64,000 nucleotides of DNA, taken from a virus. Lineage: Duplodnaviria > Caudoviricetes. The first letter of the stretch is position 1, and every line of letters starts with the position of its first letter. The position numbers and the translations under genes were made by a program. The DNA is taken from positions 17,541 through 81,540 of IMG/VR virus record IMGVR_UViG_3300027819_000001. One strand, 5' to 3'. The notes beneath the pieces were generated by a model. It was not told where the DNA came from and did no database searches. It saw only the letters and a list, made by a program, of their open reading frames with translations. Of the stretch, positions 10,317-19,820 are shown piece after piece.

Positions 10317-10834
10317 CAGTAAAGGTCTTTGAACTCCAGAATCGCTGCCGACTGATTCCTTGTCGCGGCATTGCGATACGCTCCGATCACATCATCTGGA
10401 GTGCGGGCCGAAAACACCGGAAAGCGAACCATGAAGTTCAGAGCGTCTGCAAAATTCTGTGTGTGCGTGGCGCCAGTGAACAGCGGCTTTTTCTTGTTCC
10501 CAACGACTATCCTAAGAATGACAGCAGGCTTGAACTGCCCATCGGACAGCGTCTCGATCTTATCCAGATGGTTCACGATGGCGTCCATGGCATTCGTCAC
10601 GAAGTCGCATCGTTCAAAGTAGACCATTGGCTTGTACCCAAGCAGCGAGAGACCAATTGCCATTCCAACCATGAGGTTCTCAGCAACCGGAGTCTCGATC
10701 AACCTGTCCTCTGGCACTCCTGCCAGCGATCCTCCTGCCAGGCCATACTTCACGTTGTACCCAATGAATCTCGCCTTCTCGTCCTTGGCGAACTCCAGCA
10801 TGGCCTGGTTGATGGCTTCCTTGTACGTGCTCAC
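10316..10834 (-). CDS. Minimal TPP-dependent E1 beta / transketolase pyrimidine-binding subunit
   Basis: RLIETPVAEN.M.GMAIGL, DAIVNH, GATHTQ motifs; 172 aa, lacks the usual C-terminal domain. Confidence 0.85.
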   Translation of the reverse strand: MSTYKEAINQAMLEFAKDEKARFIGYNVKYGLAGGSLAGVPEDRLIETPVAENLMVGMAIGLSLLGYKPMVYFERCDFVTNAMDAIVNHLDKIETLSDGQFKPAVILRIVVGNKKKPLFTGATHTQNFADALNFMVRFPVFSARTPDDVIGAYRNAATRNQSAAILEFKDLY

Positions 10835-11604
10835 AGGTATCCTTTCGATTCGAGGTATTGTTCGCAGGCCGGTATGGTTCCGAAGTGTGGGAGCTTCTCC
10901 CCGTAGTCAACGTGAATGTCGTTGATCAGCATGATTCGCTCGGTGAACTTCCTCTGGTTCCAGATGTTGAACGTTGGCCATACAGGACCATTGGCTACGG
11001 CGATGATCGATTTCGCCATGAGAGAAAGAGAGCCGATGTCCGTAATCGAGTATCCAAGCTTTCGCGTGCATGGAACATGCGCATCCGTCATCGACGTGCA
11101 TACCACAGTGTGCCCAGCAGCCGACATGCGCATTATCACCCTGTTCATAGCCGATTCATCCCACTGGAATTGGCTGCTCATCGGAGTGGAATTCAGCACC
11201 AGCCAGTCGATAGTACCGCCCGTCCATAGCGGATAGAGCAGAGACGGATAATCACACAGAAAGTCCGTCCTATCCTTAAACACCACCGGAATGCCAGCCT
11301 GTTTTGATTGGAATTCGAACCACCGAATCAGGAAGGCGATCACATCGAACCGCAGATCGGTTGAACTCCATCCAATCCCTTGAGGTCCGTCACCAATCCA
11401 GCAATTGATGGCGTCCGGTGGATGGTTCTCGGTTCTGACGAGTGCCACCTTGGTCCCATAGAGCACCGGCGCAAGCTGCATGTGATAATCCAGGTTGCAG
11501 TAGAAAAGCACTTCACTCTGGGGAATGAACTTCGCTGCCTTCCGTAGCCACAGGCAATGCCAGAAGCAGTCCCCAAGATGGAAATGGTTGACGTATGAGA
11601 TCAT
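10831..11604 (-). CDS. GT9-like (heptosyltransferase-fold) glycosyltransferase
   Basis: N-terminal HLGD motif and C-terminal IIAVANGP motif; cluster context. Confidence 0.55.
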   Translation of the reverse strand: MISYVNHFHLGDCFWHCLWLRKAAKFIPQSEVLFYCNLDYHMQLAPVLYGTKVALVRTENHPPDAINCWIGDGPQGIGWSSTDLRFDVIAFLIRWFEFQSKQAGIPVVFKDRTDFLCDYPSLLYPLWTGGTIDWLVLNSTPMSSQFQWDESAMNRVIMRMSAAGHTVVCTSMTDAHVPCTRKLGYSITDIGSLSLMAKSIIAVANGPVWPTFNIWNQRKFTERIMLINDIHVDYGEKLPHFGTIPACEQYLESKGYL

Positions 11605-12290
11605 ACGGCTTCACCCATCGCGTTGAGGATGCTGTCCAGTTGGTACGGAGTCTTGATGCCGTGGAACATGTACGCCCCGCTCTTGGCATAGGCGAGCGCC
11701 TCATGGTAATACCCGTGCTCGAACGAGTTGGCGGTGTACGCAACCGGAGGAACAGTTGACCTGAGGTTGTACATCCCAAGCCCCTCCTCTTCCGCAGCCG
11801 TCCCGAACATCCGATCCCAGTTCCCGGCCTCAATATCATCTGGAAATGTTTCCTGTCTCGAAACGATCTTCTCCATGGCTGGCCGGTGAATCAGGAACGG
11901 AGGATGGCAGAACCAATGCCCACGCCATCCGGTCCCTCCACAGGTCTTGTACTTGTCGTGGAACCATGACCCACGGATCTCCAGAGGATCTGTTCCCCAA
12001 GGAAAATCCTTCCGGACGCAGATCGCATCGTACTCAAAGATAACGAACCGATCGTACTCCGTCTTTGACAGGCACATCCGGCACATCGCCTTGAATCGCC
12101 TGTTCGCCTCAGCATCGTGATGACTGGGTGTTCCAAACCCAAGCTGTTCGTGGGATGTCTTCACCAAAGCCGTAGAAGGGCACCAGACAACGATTGGACT
12201 GCCGTGGGCCTCCCAGTATGGCAGATGCCTGTCAAACGTCTCCTGAGCCTCTTTATGGGCCATTACGACGATTAGGGTGTTGTTGGTCAC
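11601..12290 (-). CDS. Glycosyltransferase-like protein
   Basis: FVIFEYDAIC motif, HGIK near the C-terminus; cluster context. Confidence 0.5.
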   Translation of the reverse strand: MTNNTLIVVMAHKEAQETFDRHLPYWEAHGSPIVVWCPSTALVKTSHEQLGFGTPSHHDAEANRRFKAMCRMCLSKTEYDRFVIFEYDAICVRKDFPWGTDPLEIRGSWFHDKYKTCGGTGWRGHWFCHPPFLIHRPAMEKIVSRQETFPDDIEAGNWDRMFGTAAEEEGLGMYNLRSTVPPVAYTANSFEHGYYHEALAYAKSGAYMFHGIKTPYQLDSILNAMGEAV

Positions 12291-12961
12291 AGGGGTTTGC
12301 AGAGGATATCGAACTGAGGTCCGGTCATTGGCTCATTCAGGATGTTGTCGAATGAATACCGTAGAACGGTGAGCAGCCCGAGGAGTTCGTCAGAAGATGA
12401 TCCGGCAGCCTCCAACGCTCCTTCGTTGACCTCGATCAGCATCACAGGACGGCAACGTTTGATTGTCTCCCAGGCCCCAAGCAGCGCCTCGCATTCAAAT
12501 CCCTCCAGGTCGAGCTTGATGAAATGAACCGTCTCAAGCTGATACCTATCCAAAGGCTCTCCACCTCGACTGGTCGCAAAAGGATCCTGCTTTAACGTGA
12601 TCCTTGTTGCCCCGGAATTTGGATTCGGCTCGATCCAAACTGTCGATTCGTGATGGGTCAGCGCCTCTCCGTATCGCTTAACCTGAGGCAGGTTTTTAGT
12701 GTTGTGTTTGAGACACTCAAACGCAATCGGATTCGGCTCCATCGCATGGACAGTCCCAGTCAATCCAACCTTCGCTGCATACGCCACCGTGTGATCCCCG
12801 ATGAACGCCCCACCATCCACAACGACGCCACCCTCCGGGATGTATGGCAGCACGCGCTTGAGCAGCCACTGGTCATGATCCAACCGGCCATGCTTCTCGA
12901 TCCACTTGCTGATTCCTTCATCTCCGTCGATAACCGCTATTCCATTCGGGAGGATCTTCAT
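12287..12961 (-). CDS. FkbM-family methyltransferase
   Basis: VVDGGAFIGDHT, AMEPNP, IKLDLEGFE, PVMLIE motifs. Confidence 0.9.
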   Translation of the reverse strand: MKILPNGIAVIDGDEGISKWIEKHGRLDHDQWLLKRVLPYIPEGGVVVDGGAFIGDHTVAYAAKVGLTGTVHAMEPNPIAFECLKHNTKNLPQVKRYGEALTHHESTVWIEPNPNSGATRITLKQDPFATSRGGEPLDRYQLETVHFIKLDLEGFECEALLGAWETIKRCRPVMLIEVNEGALEAAGSSSDELLGLLTVLRYSFDNILNEPMTGPQFDILCKPL

Positions 12962-13686
12962 TTGAGTATCGCCTCCAGTTCCGCCTTGATCTTGTCCGTC
13001 AACCCGCCCCAACTCCAGTGCTGATTCAACAACGCTTTGGGCAGGTACTCCAACGTGTTGATAAAAGTGAATTTGTCGCTCATCTTGGCCATGCAGTAGG
13101 CCCCAAGTGCGTTGAACTCGGAAAACTGGCCCCTCGGTTGGCTCAGGACGTAATCAGCGAATGGCATGTGATGCACCTTTTCGATGTGCTCCCGCAATCC
13201 ACGGAGCGCCTCCGGTGTACTCATGATCGGGAACCGCCTCATGCACTCGAACTCGATCTTCATCCCGAGAGCTTTCTCGGTGATCGGTTGCCACGGCGTC
13301 TGAGCCTTCCCATCCACCACAAGGGCCGAATAAGGAGTGTACCAGATGATCGGTTTGCCATCCTTCAACCAACTCTCAGGGGTATTCGACGTGTTGAAGC
13401 AGTTGTCTGAGTCCACGTAGAGAATATGCGTCATCCCAGGACAGAACAAATCAGCGCAAATCTTCACGACCTGCTGGTAGAGGTACCCGTCCTTCTGCTG
13501 CTTGTCCGCCGTCTCGATGACGATCATGTCGTCCACACCGCCAAACGGAACAGCAGCACGGTCGCCATGAGGAACGCACAGCACCACGCCTTCATACCCG
13601 GAGCAGAACTTCTTGATCGACCGGAGGCAGTACGCCAGCCATGGAAAGTCCTTCCGATACGATTTGATGAAGATGACGGTTTTCAT
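12958..13686 (-). CDS. Glycosyltransferase-like protein (DUF6492-like)
   Basis: FIKSY.KDF.WL.YCL.SI, YLYQQVVK, LYVDSD, FSEFN.LG motifs. Confidence 0.65.
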   Translation of the reverse strand: MKTVIFIKSYRKDFPWLAYCLRSIKKFCSGYEGVVLCVPHGDRAAVPFGGVDDMIVIETADKQQKDGYLYQQVVKICADLFCPGMTHILYVDSDNCFNTSNTPESWLKDGKPIIWYTPYSALVVDGKAQTPWQPITEKALGMKIEFECMRRFPIMSTPEALRGLREHIEKVHHMPFADYVLSQPRGQFSEFNALGAYCMAKMSDKFTFINTLEYLPKALLNQHWSWGGLTDKIKAELEAILK

Positions 13687-13880
13687 TGCACTATCGGCGG
13701 CCTACCGAGTCCTCCTGGAACGTATTTTTTTTGCCCAGGCTTTCGGTGGTACTCTCTCATCTTTAAGGCACATGAGTTGCAAAGGCCCTTGTAGTTCTCA
13801 ATCTTTCCATCAGCGCATTGCCTACACAATCCGCGAGAGATTCTATCCAACTGCCATTTGAGTTGCCTAGAGATTTTCAC
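13683..13880 (-). CDS. Small 4-Cys zinc-finger protein
   Basis: GLCRQC...YKGLCNSC; resembles the C-terminal half of 40274..40588. Confidence 0.55.
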   Translation of the reverse strand: MKISRQLKWQLDRISRGLCRQCADGKIENYKGLCNSCALKMREYHRKPGQKKYVPGGLGRPPIVQ

Positions 13881-14053
13881 GCTGAGAACGCCTCCTCGCT
13901 GGATGAATCATGCCGGACCGTTTCCCGTCGAATAAGCACTCCAAAGCCAGCGCCAATCAGTTTTACCTCAGGATCCTTGATCTTCTCGCTGATGTGAAAG
14001 GCGTGGCCTTTACCGGCCTTCTTTCCGTATGTCTTTTTCCATGTCGGCTTCAT
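13877..14053 (-). CDS. Hypothetical protein (58 aa)
   Basis: Translated by hand (MKPTWKKTYG...); start and stop overlap neighbours. Confidence 0.45.
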   Translation of the reverse strand: MKPTWKKTYGKKAGKGHAFHISEKIKDPEVKLIGAGFGVLIRRETVRHDSSSEEAFSA

Positions 14054-14156
14054 TCTTTATTCCGTTTCCAATGAACAAACACGTAGATAATGGCGATGAC
14101 CAGAATCACTGCTCCAATCAAGCGTTCAATGATGTAGATTTTGGCAGCAAGCTCGA

Positions 14157-14810
14157 TCATCTTATCATCCATTCGGTTCCATCAAAGTTCCAGCCATTCA
14201 TCTTCTTTGTCAGCGCCCCGTGATATCCGAACTGTCCAGAGTAAACGGCGTGTTCGCAACTGAACCTCTCCGCAACATTCGCCGGTGCGATCTTGAATCC
14301 GTTCTGCCTCAGCTTCTGTCCAAGGGTGATGCACGCGTAATAATCGCTCACCTTCACTGCCGGGTCCATCACGTTCGTCTGCGCCGCCACTGCCTGGCAC
14401 CAGAGCTTTGATCGTATCGAGAACCCTCCATTCCCAACCTGGTTGTGCTGCTCTGGCCATGGAGCCCCGATGTAGTCGTACTCCAGGAACTCCTTCCTCC
14501 ACGCTGCCCGTGCCACAACACAGGCATCGTGTTCCTGGAACAAAACGAACTGCGTATCGAACCATTCAGGCAATCGGGTCAATTGGTCAATTTCGTAGTC
14601 CAGCCGTCGAGGCTTGTGCTTGTGGTTCACCGGGATGATACCGTTCCGATGGCACTTGGCCTCGATCCCTTTGTTTGCCTCAAGGTCGGTCACGCACACC
14701 ACCGCTCCGAACTCGACACAGCGCTTCGACCAGCACAGCGCCAGGATCGACTTCATCACGTTCGAGGTCGTGTCCAGGGTGAGCAGGGTTACTTTGGGGA
14801 GGGAGATCAT
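14157..14810 (-). CDS. DUF5672-like glycosyltransferase-related protein
   Basis: LFQEHDA, FLEYDYIGAPW, VGNGGFS.RSK, A.RFS.E, FGYHG motifs. Confidence 0.85.
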   Translation of the reverse strand: MISLPKVTLLTLDTTSNVMKSILALCWSKRCVEFGAVVCVTDLEANKGIEAKCHRNGIIPVNHKHKPRRLDYEIDQLTRLPEWFDTQFVLFQEHDACVVARAAWRKEFLEYDYIGAPWPEQHNQVGNGGFSIRSKLWCQAVAAQTNVMDPAVKVSDYYACITLGQKLRQNGFKIAPANVAERFSCEHAVYSGQFGYHGALTKKMNGWNFDGTEWMIR

Positions 14811-15055
14811 TGATCGTCCTCTAAGCTTTCAGCAGCAATAAAGATTAGCAGCAGTGGCCAGAACGGCACAAAAAGGAGGATCACAGTCACCACTTCCGAA
14901 ATCGTGAGATCGATCCACTTCTTCTCGCAAGAATGATGGAAAAAGAAGAATGGCGATACCATTCCAAGAACGAATCCGATGAAAAGATAGAAATAAAGGT
15001 ATGTGATCATCGGTTCATCTCGCCAGCGTAATAGCCCACGCAAAATCCAGTGCAC
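14807..15055 (-). CDS. Small membrane protein
   Basis: Two hydrophobic segments; FWP motif. Confidence 0.5.
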   Translation of the reverse strand: MHWILRGLLRWRDEPMITYLYFYLFIGFVLGMVSPFFFFHHSCEKKWIDLTISEVVTVILLFVPFWPLLLIFIAAESLEDDQ

Positions 15056-15235
15056 AATGCAACAATGAATACGGTCAATAGTAGCCTTTCGCTTTGTCGA
15101 TTGCTATTGCGGCTTCCAATGCACGCCTCATAGGCGAATCGTCAGATCGTCCAATCCTTCGCTCGATTTCAGCATCTACCAGCGCCATGTCGCGCTTCTT
15201 TCTAAGCTTGGACACCTTTGATTTTTGGTTTGGAT

Positions 15236-15949
15236 TCATACCTCAGGCAACTCCAAATGATCCCCGCACACGTACTGCGCTCCCGGCCTCTGGATCATCG
15301 TCAACGGCGAGGACAGGTCCACTTCCACGATCTTTGGCATCTTCAACCCTTCCGCAATGGCTTCCAAGGCGCCCTGGTTGCCGATGAAGAGTTTGGCATT
15401 CCCGATGTACTTTGCCGCGTAATGAATGTTCGGACATGGAATGAACGGAATCTCGTTCTCCATTCCTCGTAAAAGATCGTCATACTCATCACTGAATCCA
15501 ATAAACGCGCTTTTACCGGCGTACCTTTCAACGATTTTCGGCCATGGAAACCTTGGATTGTGCCGCCTCAACGTCCTGGATAGGATCACCGATGGACAGT
15601 TAAACACCTTCTCCTTTGGCAACCACGGCTCCGTCAGAATCTCCGGCCCAAACCCAAAGCTTCTCGCATACCTCTCCTGCAACGGCATGAACGGGTTCTG
15701 GTAAAGCGACGCTTGGTAGCGCCATGAGTCCAAATCGTATTTACAGGCTTGGCCGTGATGCAGCTTCACGTCTTTCACGTAGCCAGTGGCCAACAGGAGA
15801 GGCTTGATGTTGTCCACCATCGCCTGATCACACTTGACCCTGGTGAACTCAGCACGCGCAAGGAATAGTGTCCCGCCGCCAAGTGCTCGGATGGTTGGAA
15901 GGGAGTGGATCAAATCTCCCGCGTCGCCCGAGTGAACGTAGGTGCTCAT
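15236..15949 (-). CDS. GT9-like glycosyltransferase
   Basis: HSGD.GDLI.SLP.IRALGGG and AKLFIGNQ...AIAEGLK motifs. Confidence 0.7.
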   Translation of the reverse strand: MSTYVHSGDAGDLIHSLPTIRALGGGTLFLARAEFTRVKCDQAMVDNIKPLLLATGYVKDVKLHHGQACKYDLDSWRYQASLYQNPFMPLQERYARSFGFGPEILTEPWLPKEKVFNCPSVILSRTLRRHNPRFPWPKIVERYAGKSAFIGFSDEYDDLLRGMENEIPFIPCPNIHYAAKYIGNAKLFIGNQGALEAIAEGLKMPKIVEVDLSSPLTMIQRPGAQYVCGDHLELPEV

Positions 15950-15956
15950 CGGTCAC

Positions 15957-16259
15957 CTATAGCGCCTCCCTCGCGTACCGCCTCAAACGGGAGGCTAGAT
16001 TGGTCAACCGTTTCTTTTCCTCATCATTGTTCGCTGAATCAAATCCACGGACGTATATGGATGCCTCCTTAATGTCCTTCCTGAATTCATCCAGGCTGTT
16101 CACAGGCGTCGCCACCAGCAATGGTTTCTTCGCCTTCTTCTCTTTCACTTGTTCTGTTTTCATAGTTTTCCGTATTCCGTTCACCGTTTCTATCTCTTTA
16201 ATCTGACTGTCAATCCAGTCAGAAATCTCTTCCACTTCGGGCTTCAATCCCCATTTCAT
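15957..16259 (-). CDS. Hypothetical protein
   Basis: Collinear ORF in the operon. Confidence 0.5.
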   Translation of the reverse strand: MKWGLKPEVEEISDWIDSQIKEIETVNGIRKTMKTEQVKEKKAKKPLLVATPVNSLDEFRKDIKEASIYVRGFDSANNDEEKKRLTNLASRLRRYAREAL

Positions 16260-16283
16260 GGCCCGGTTTGGTTCATGGTCTTT

Positions 16284-16883
16284 TTACTCTGCTCCTTCTT
16301 CTTTCGAATAAGGTGCATCCTGAGCTTGAAAGCAATTGGCAGGGCTCACCTTCTGGTACCTAAAGGCACCAGGAGCCGTGACCCGCTTTTCACTATCCCA
16401 AGAGTACGAATCCTGGGCTGGCAGAGTATCGCATATCAGTTCACTGAACCTGACTGGAGTGATTTTCGGTGCATCCTTTCGCAAGTGAAGTCGCGGAAGT
16501 TTTGTGCATCTCTGACGCCCCGCATTTCCGATTTTGAACGTTGGGATGAGCCCGATTGATGCAGCCCTTTTGACGGATATTGTTAGGTGCCCTGTGAGGG
16601 AGATATTCCCCGGACCCACACGCGTACGTGTTGCCAAATGGTTCCGGTACGGTTTCTGAAGACTGATCCAGCCATTGTCAATGAACGGGTCAGAAGGCGG
16701 AGCAGGGAACATTTCCCGTATGTTAATGTCGCAGAAAACTGAAAGCAGGGAGGGTTTTCGGCGATCCCGTTTCAGGGCCACCCAGGAAATGTTTCCTGCT
16801 CCGGTAAGTGTCGTGCTTTCAGCTAATTGACGGACATTAATCCGACAACCAACAAGCGGGACCGTAGCAGGTATTATTTTCAT
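16284..16883 (-). CDS. Hypothetical protein (uncertain)
   Basis: Fills the operon gap; no recognisable motif. Confidence 0.3.
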   Translation of the reverse strand: MKIIPATVPLVGCRINVRQLAESTTLTGAGNISWVALKRDRRKPSLLSVFCDINIREMFPAPPSDPFIDNGWISLQKPYRNHLATRTRVGPGNISLTGHLTISVKRAASIGLIPTFKIGNAGRQRCTKLPRLHLRKDAPKITPVRFSELICDTLPAQDSYSWDSEKRVTAPGAFRYQKVSPANCFQAQDAPYSKEEGAE

Positions 16884-16884
16884 G

Positions 16885-17148
16885 TCAAGGTTTGAAGACA
16901 CCAACCACCCAGCCTGGTTGGACAGCGCCTTTCGGAAACACGGTGATAACTGGCATCGATTGGCTCTCATGCTGAAGAATCACCCGTTCACAAATCATGG
17001 CCATAGCCTCAGAATCACGCTGAGGTTGGATAACCCAATAGTGCAATCCTTTTGGTTTCCAAAACCCTTTTCCAATTGTTGGAGAGTGAAGTCCTGTTTT
17101 TTCATGAATGACAGCCCTTATCCTCGTCCTGCACTTTGGGCATCTCAT
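16885..17148 (-). CDS. Hypothetical CxxC protein
   Basis: MRCPKC start with ATGA overlap. Confidence 0.45.
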   Translation of the reverse strand: MRCPKCRTRIRAVIHEKTGLHSPTIGKGFWKPKGLHYWVIQPQRDSEAMAMICERVILQHESQSMPVITVFPKGAVQPGWVVGVFKP

Positions 17149-18035
17149 AACGTCTTGACCGCCTCCAGCACATTGCGTTTCGCAATGTCCCATGTCCTGG
17201 CCTTTGCCCAAGCGATCCCTTCGAGCCTGGTTTTCTCCGTCTCCTTCACGTCGATCACCACCCGGCGCATCTCAGCAATGAGACTGTCCCCTGTAAAGGC
17301 CGTTAAACGAGCGGGAGAGCCCCTCAGAGCCATTTTGTTCACTGGTTGGAGTACCAGGCACCCCGAAGCCATCGCCGCCGTGGAGGCCATTCCAAGGCCG
17401 TTCGGATCACAGGACAGGTAACAGTCGATGGATTGGTACCACTTGGCCATTTCATGCCATGGATACCAAACCTTGGAATTGAGAGTGACCATGGAGGCAT
17501 CCTGGCTTGATCCGAACGCCTTTCCAAACACATTTGGCACAATGAATGCGTTCTTGTGTGTCTTGCGCTGGTCCAGTCCGAATACGATGTGGCGGCGGCG
17601 GCCTGGGAGTCTGTTTCGACGCGGGCAAGGAGGAGTTTCCCACATGAGATTCCATTTCTCAGGACTGTCGTCCGATACCACCGCATCACCTGCCGTGAAT
17701 ATCTCAGGAGAATAGCCAATCGGAAACCGCTCTCCAATCTCAAGAAGCTCGGTATTCGGATGCAATGGAGGATGCTCAATCGTGATACCCTTTGTGATGA
17801 ACACCTTCGTCGCCGGTGAGCACATGTTGCCAGCAGGCCCGATCAGAACCTCTGGCGTCCCATCGAACGGCTTGCCAATCCTCTCCCGGATCATGTAGTC
17901 CGCCTTCTCCGGCATCTTCAGTGGGTTCAGCACAACGTCGATCCCAGCCTCCAACAGCCAGGACATTACCTCACGACTCAGGATTCCCCAGTCCGAGTTG
18001 TCCAGGTAGGAACGTAGCGATAGGCGGGAGATCAT
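17145..18035 (-). CDS. GT-B glycosyltransferase-like protein (GT4-type C-terminal half)
   Basis: M..WYQSIDCYLS...G.GM....AMASG.LV and A..RTWD motifs. Confidence 0.65.
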   Translation of the reverse strand: MISRLSLRSYLDNSDWGILSREVMSWLLEAGIDVVLNPLKMPEKADYMIRERIGKPFDGTPEVLIGPAGNMCSPATKVFITKGITIEHPPLHPNTELLEIGERFPIGYSPEIFTAGDAVVSDDSPEKWNLMWETPPCPRRNRLPGRRRHIVFGLDQRKTHKNAFIVPNVFGKAFGSSQDASMVTLNSKVWYPWHEMAKWYQSIDCYLSCDPNGLGMASTAAMASGCLVLQPVNKMALRGSPARLTAFTGDSLIAEMRRVVIDVKETEKTRLEGIAWAKARTWDIAKRNVLEAVKTL

Positions 18036-18238
18036 TTCGACTCCTTTGGTTGTGGAACCCCTGGAACGACGGTCCAGGTTCCAAAGCGTGACTTGTCCAT
18101 GAAGAACAATTCTCCATCATCACACAGCGCGAATATCGCTCCATCGCACTCAGTTTCTGAGTTTTCCGAGATTTGAGCGATTGCGATCTGGATGATCTTC
18201 CTGGATGGAAGGAGTGGATTCGGTCCTGATAATTTCAT
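18032..18238 (-). CDS. Hypothetical protein
   Basis: IFALCDDG...W..VP phage small-protein motif; overlaps neighbours. Confidence 0.55.
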   Translation of the reverse strand: MKLSGPNPLLPSRKIIQIAIAQISENSETECDGAIFALCDDGELFFMDKSRFGTWTVVPGVPQPKESK

Positions 18239-18423
18239 GAGTTCAGCGCGATTTGGAGCGCAATCTGAAGGCCAGCAACCTTGCCGCGAGCGTAGTGCTC
18301 TTTGACGATGTTGCCGGAAAGCTTCTCTCCAGCCACTTCAACCTCAGCTTCGTCGTACGCCTCCCTGAGTTCGCTTTGGATGGCGTAGATTCTGGAGCCG
18401 CTGAATTCAACTTTGTCGCTCAT
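18235..18423 (-). CDS. Hypothetical protein
   Basis: ATGA-coupled ORF. Confidence 0.5.
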   Translation of the reverse strand: MSDKVEFSGSRIYAIQSELREAYDEAEVEVAGEKLSGNIVKEHYARGKVAGLQIALQIALNS

Positions 18424-19772
18424 TCGGCCTCCTTCTGCTGAACCGCCCCATCCTCGATCACCACGGTCACTTCCTTGCCGTCCGATACCCTCTCAAGCCA
18501 CACCTGGGCGTCGTGTTCCTTGGCCAGTTGCCCCAACAGCTTCAGGCTGTCCGGATCCAGCAACGATCCATCCCGCACCAGCAGAACCCGCAACTTCGGA
18601 TTCAACGCCAGTCCAATGGCAACGGACACCCTCAGTTGCTGTGATGACGACGCCTGGCAGAACGGAAGGCCATCCAGCGTAACCCCACCGTCCTCGTCGA
18701 ACGACAACCCTGGAACAGGGAACTTCGATTCCGCCACAGCCTTCTTCTTGTCCTCGTCGATCTTATCGATCTTGGCGGTGAGTTCGTCGGACTGCTTGGA
18801 CTTGGCCAGCATTGCCTGTTCGGCAGCTTCTCTCGCCTTGTTCGACATGAGCTTGCCGTTGATCTCCTTGGCTTTGAGGACCTGCTCTTTCAGTTCGGTG
18901 TCGGTTGCATCGACTAGACCTTCAACTTCACCCAACGCAGTTTCGTGCAATAACTTCGCTGCATTCAGGGCTTCCTTTGGAACTTCCAATTCATTCGTCG
19001 CCCTGATCAGCAACTCCTCAGCCTTCTGAAGCTCAAGCTTTAGTTGCGTTACCCTCACAGCAAGATCATCCACTTTCATCTGCTCTTGCTGAAGTTTGTA
19101 CTCAGCATTGAACACGCCCTGCTGCTTAAGTTGAACGGATGCCCGGATTGCATCGTTCGCCCTGTTCTGCTCTGTAACCTTCCTCATCTCCGCATAAATC
19201 GCCTCAATCGAAACCTCCTCCTTCGGCAATCCTTGGTGAAACTCCATCCCGGAAAGCTGTGCCCGAATCTGCGTAACAGTCCGGTTGATTGCCGTCCTCT
19301 CGGTGTAGAATCCGGCCCGCTCCTGGTCCAGCTTCGTGAAGTCCAGCCCCACAATCCGTTTTAAGGTGTCTGCCTGCTCCTCAGGGCTCTGTCTGCTGAA
19401 TTCCAGGGGATCAAAGCTCAACTTTCCGACCAGCTTGTCCAGGAGGGCCTGGGGGCTCTTAAACACAGCGCCCTCTCCGTTCGACACGGTGAGGTTTGAT
19501 CCTCCACTCTCGGTGAACGACCGGGTGACGATGATATCGCCAAGATCGATCCGAACGAAACCGCCTTTGGTTCCTTTCCTCAATACCTTTGGTGGGATGC
19601 CAGGGGCGCCTCCAAGCGCGTAATAGATCGCGTCGAGGCAGGACGACTTCCCTTGATCATTGCGACCACCGATCACAATGAGGTTGCCGTCTTTGTCGGG
19701 GGTGATTTCAACGGCGGTGAGCCGCTTGATGTTCTCCGCCGTTAGGCGAAGAATCTTTGAAGATGCTTCCAT
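18420..19772 (-). CDS. SMC/SbcC/RecN-like ABC ATPase with central coiled coil
   Basis: Walker A GRNDQGKSS, long coiled coil, signature ASSSQQ, Walker B VLLVRDGSLLD. Confidence 0.9.
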   Translation of the reverse strand: MEASSKILRLTAENIKRLTAVEITPDKDGNLIVIGGRNDQGKSSCLDAIYYALGGAPGIPPKVLRKGTKGGFVRIDLGDIIVTRSFTESGGSNLTVSNGEGAVFKSPQALLDKLVGKLSFDPLEFSRQSPEEQADTLKRIVGLDFTKLDQERAGFYTERTAINRTVTQIRAQLSGMEFHQGLPKEEVSIEAIYAEMRKVTEQNRANDAIRASVQLKQQGVFNAEYKLQQEQMKVDDLAVRVTQLKLELQKAEELLIRATNELEVPKEALNAAKLLHETALGEVEGLVDATDTELKEQVLKAKEINGKLMSNKAREAAEQAMLAKSKQSDELTAKIDKIDEDKKKAVAESKFPVPGLSFDEDGGVTLDGLPFCQASSSQQLRVSVAIGLALNPKLRVLLVRDGSLLDPDSLKLLGQLAKEHDAQVWLERVSDGKEVTVVIEDGAVQQKEAE

Positions 19773-19793
19773 AATCGTAGTCCGTAAGCCGTT
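19770..19793 (-). promoter_or_regulatory. ACGG-repeat motif copy (AACGGCTTACGGACTACGATT-ATG)
   Basis: Near-identical to 38183-38206 and 47736-47757. Confidence 0.6.
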
Positions 19794-19820
19794 CGCTGGT
19801 CTTTCCCAACCGTCAAACCG

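Noticed and set aside
7284-10834. Auxiliary pyruvate dehydrogenase (pdhA/pdhB) for host metabolism
   Set aside because: Subunits are truncated, E2/E3 are absent, and the genes sit inside a glycan cluster.
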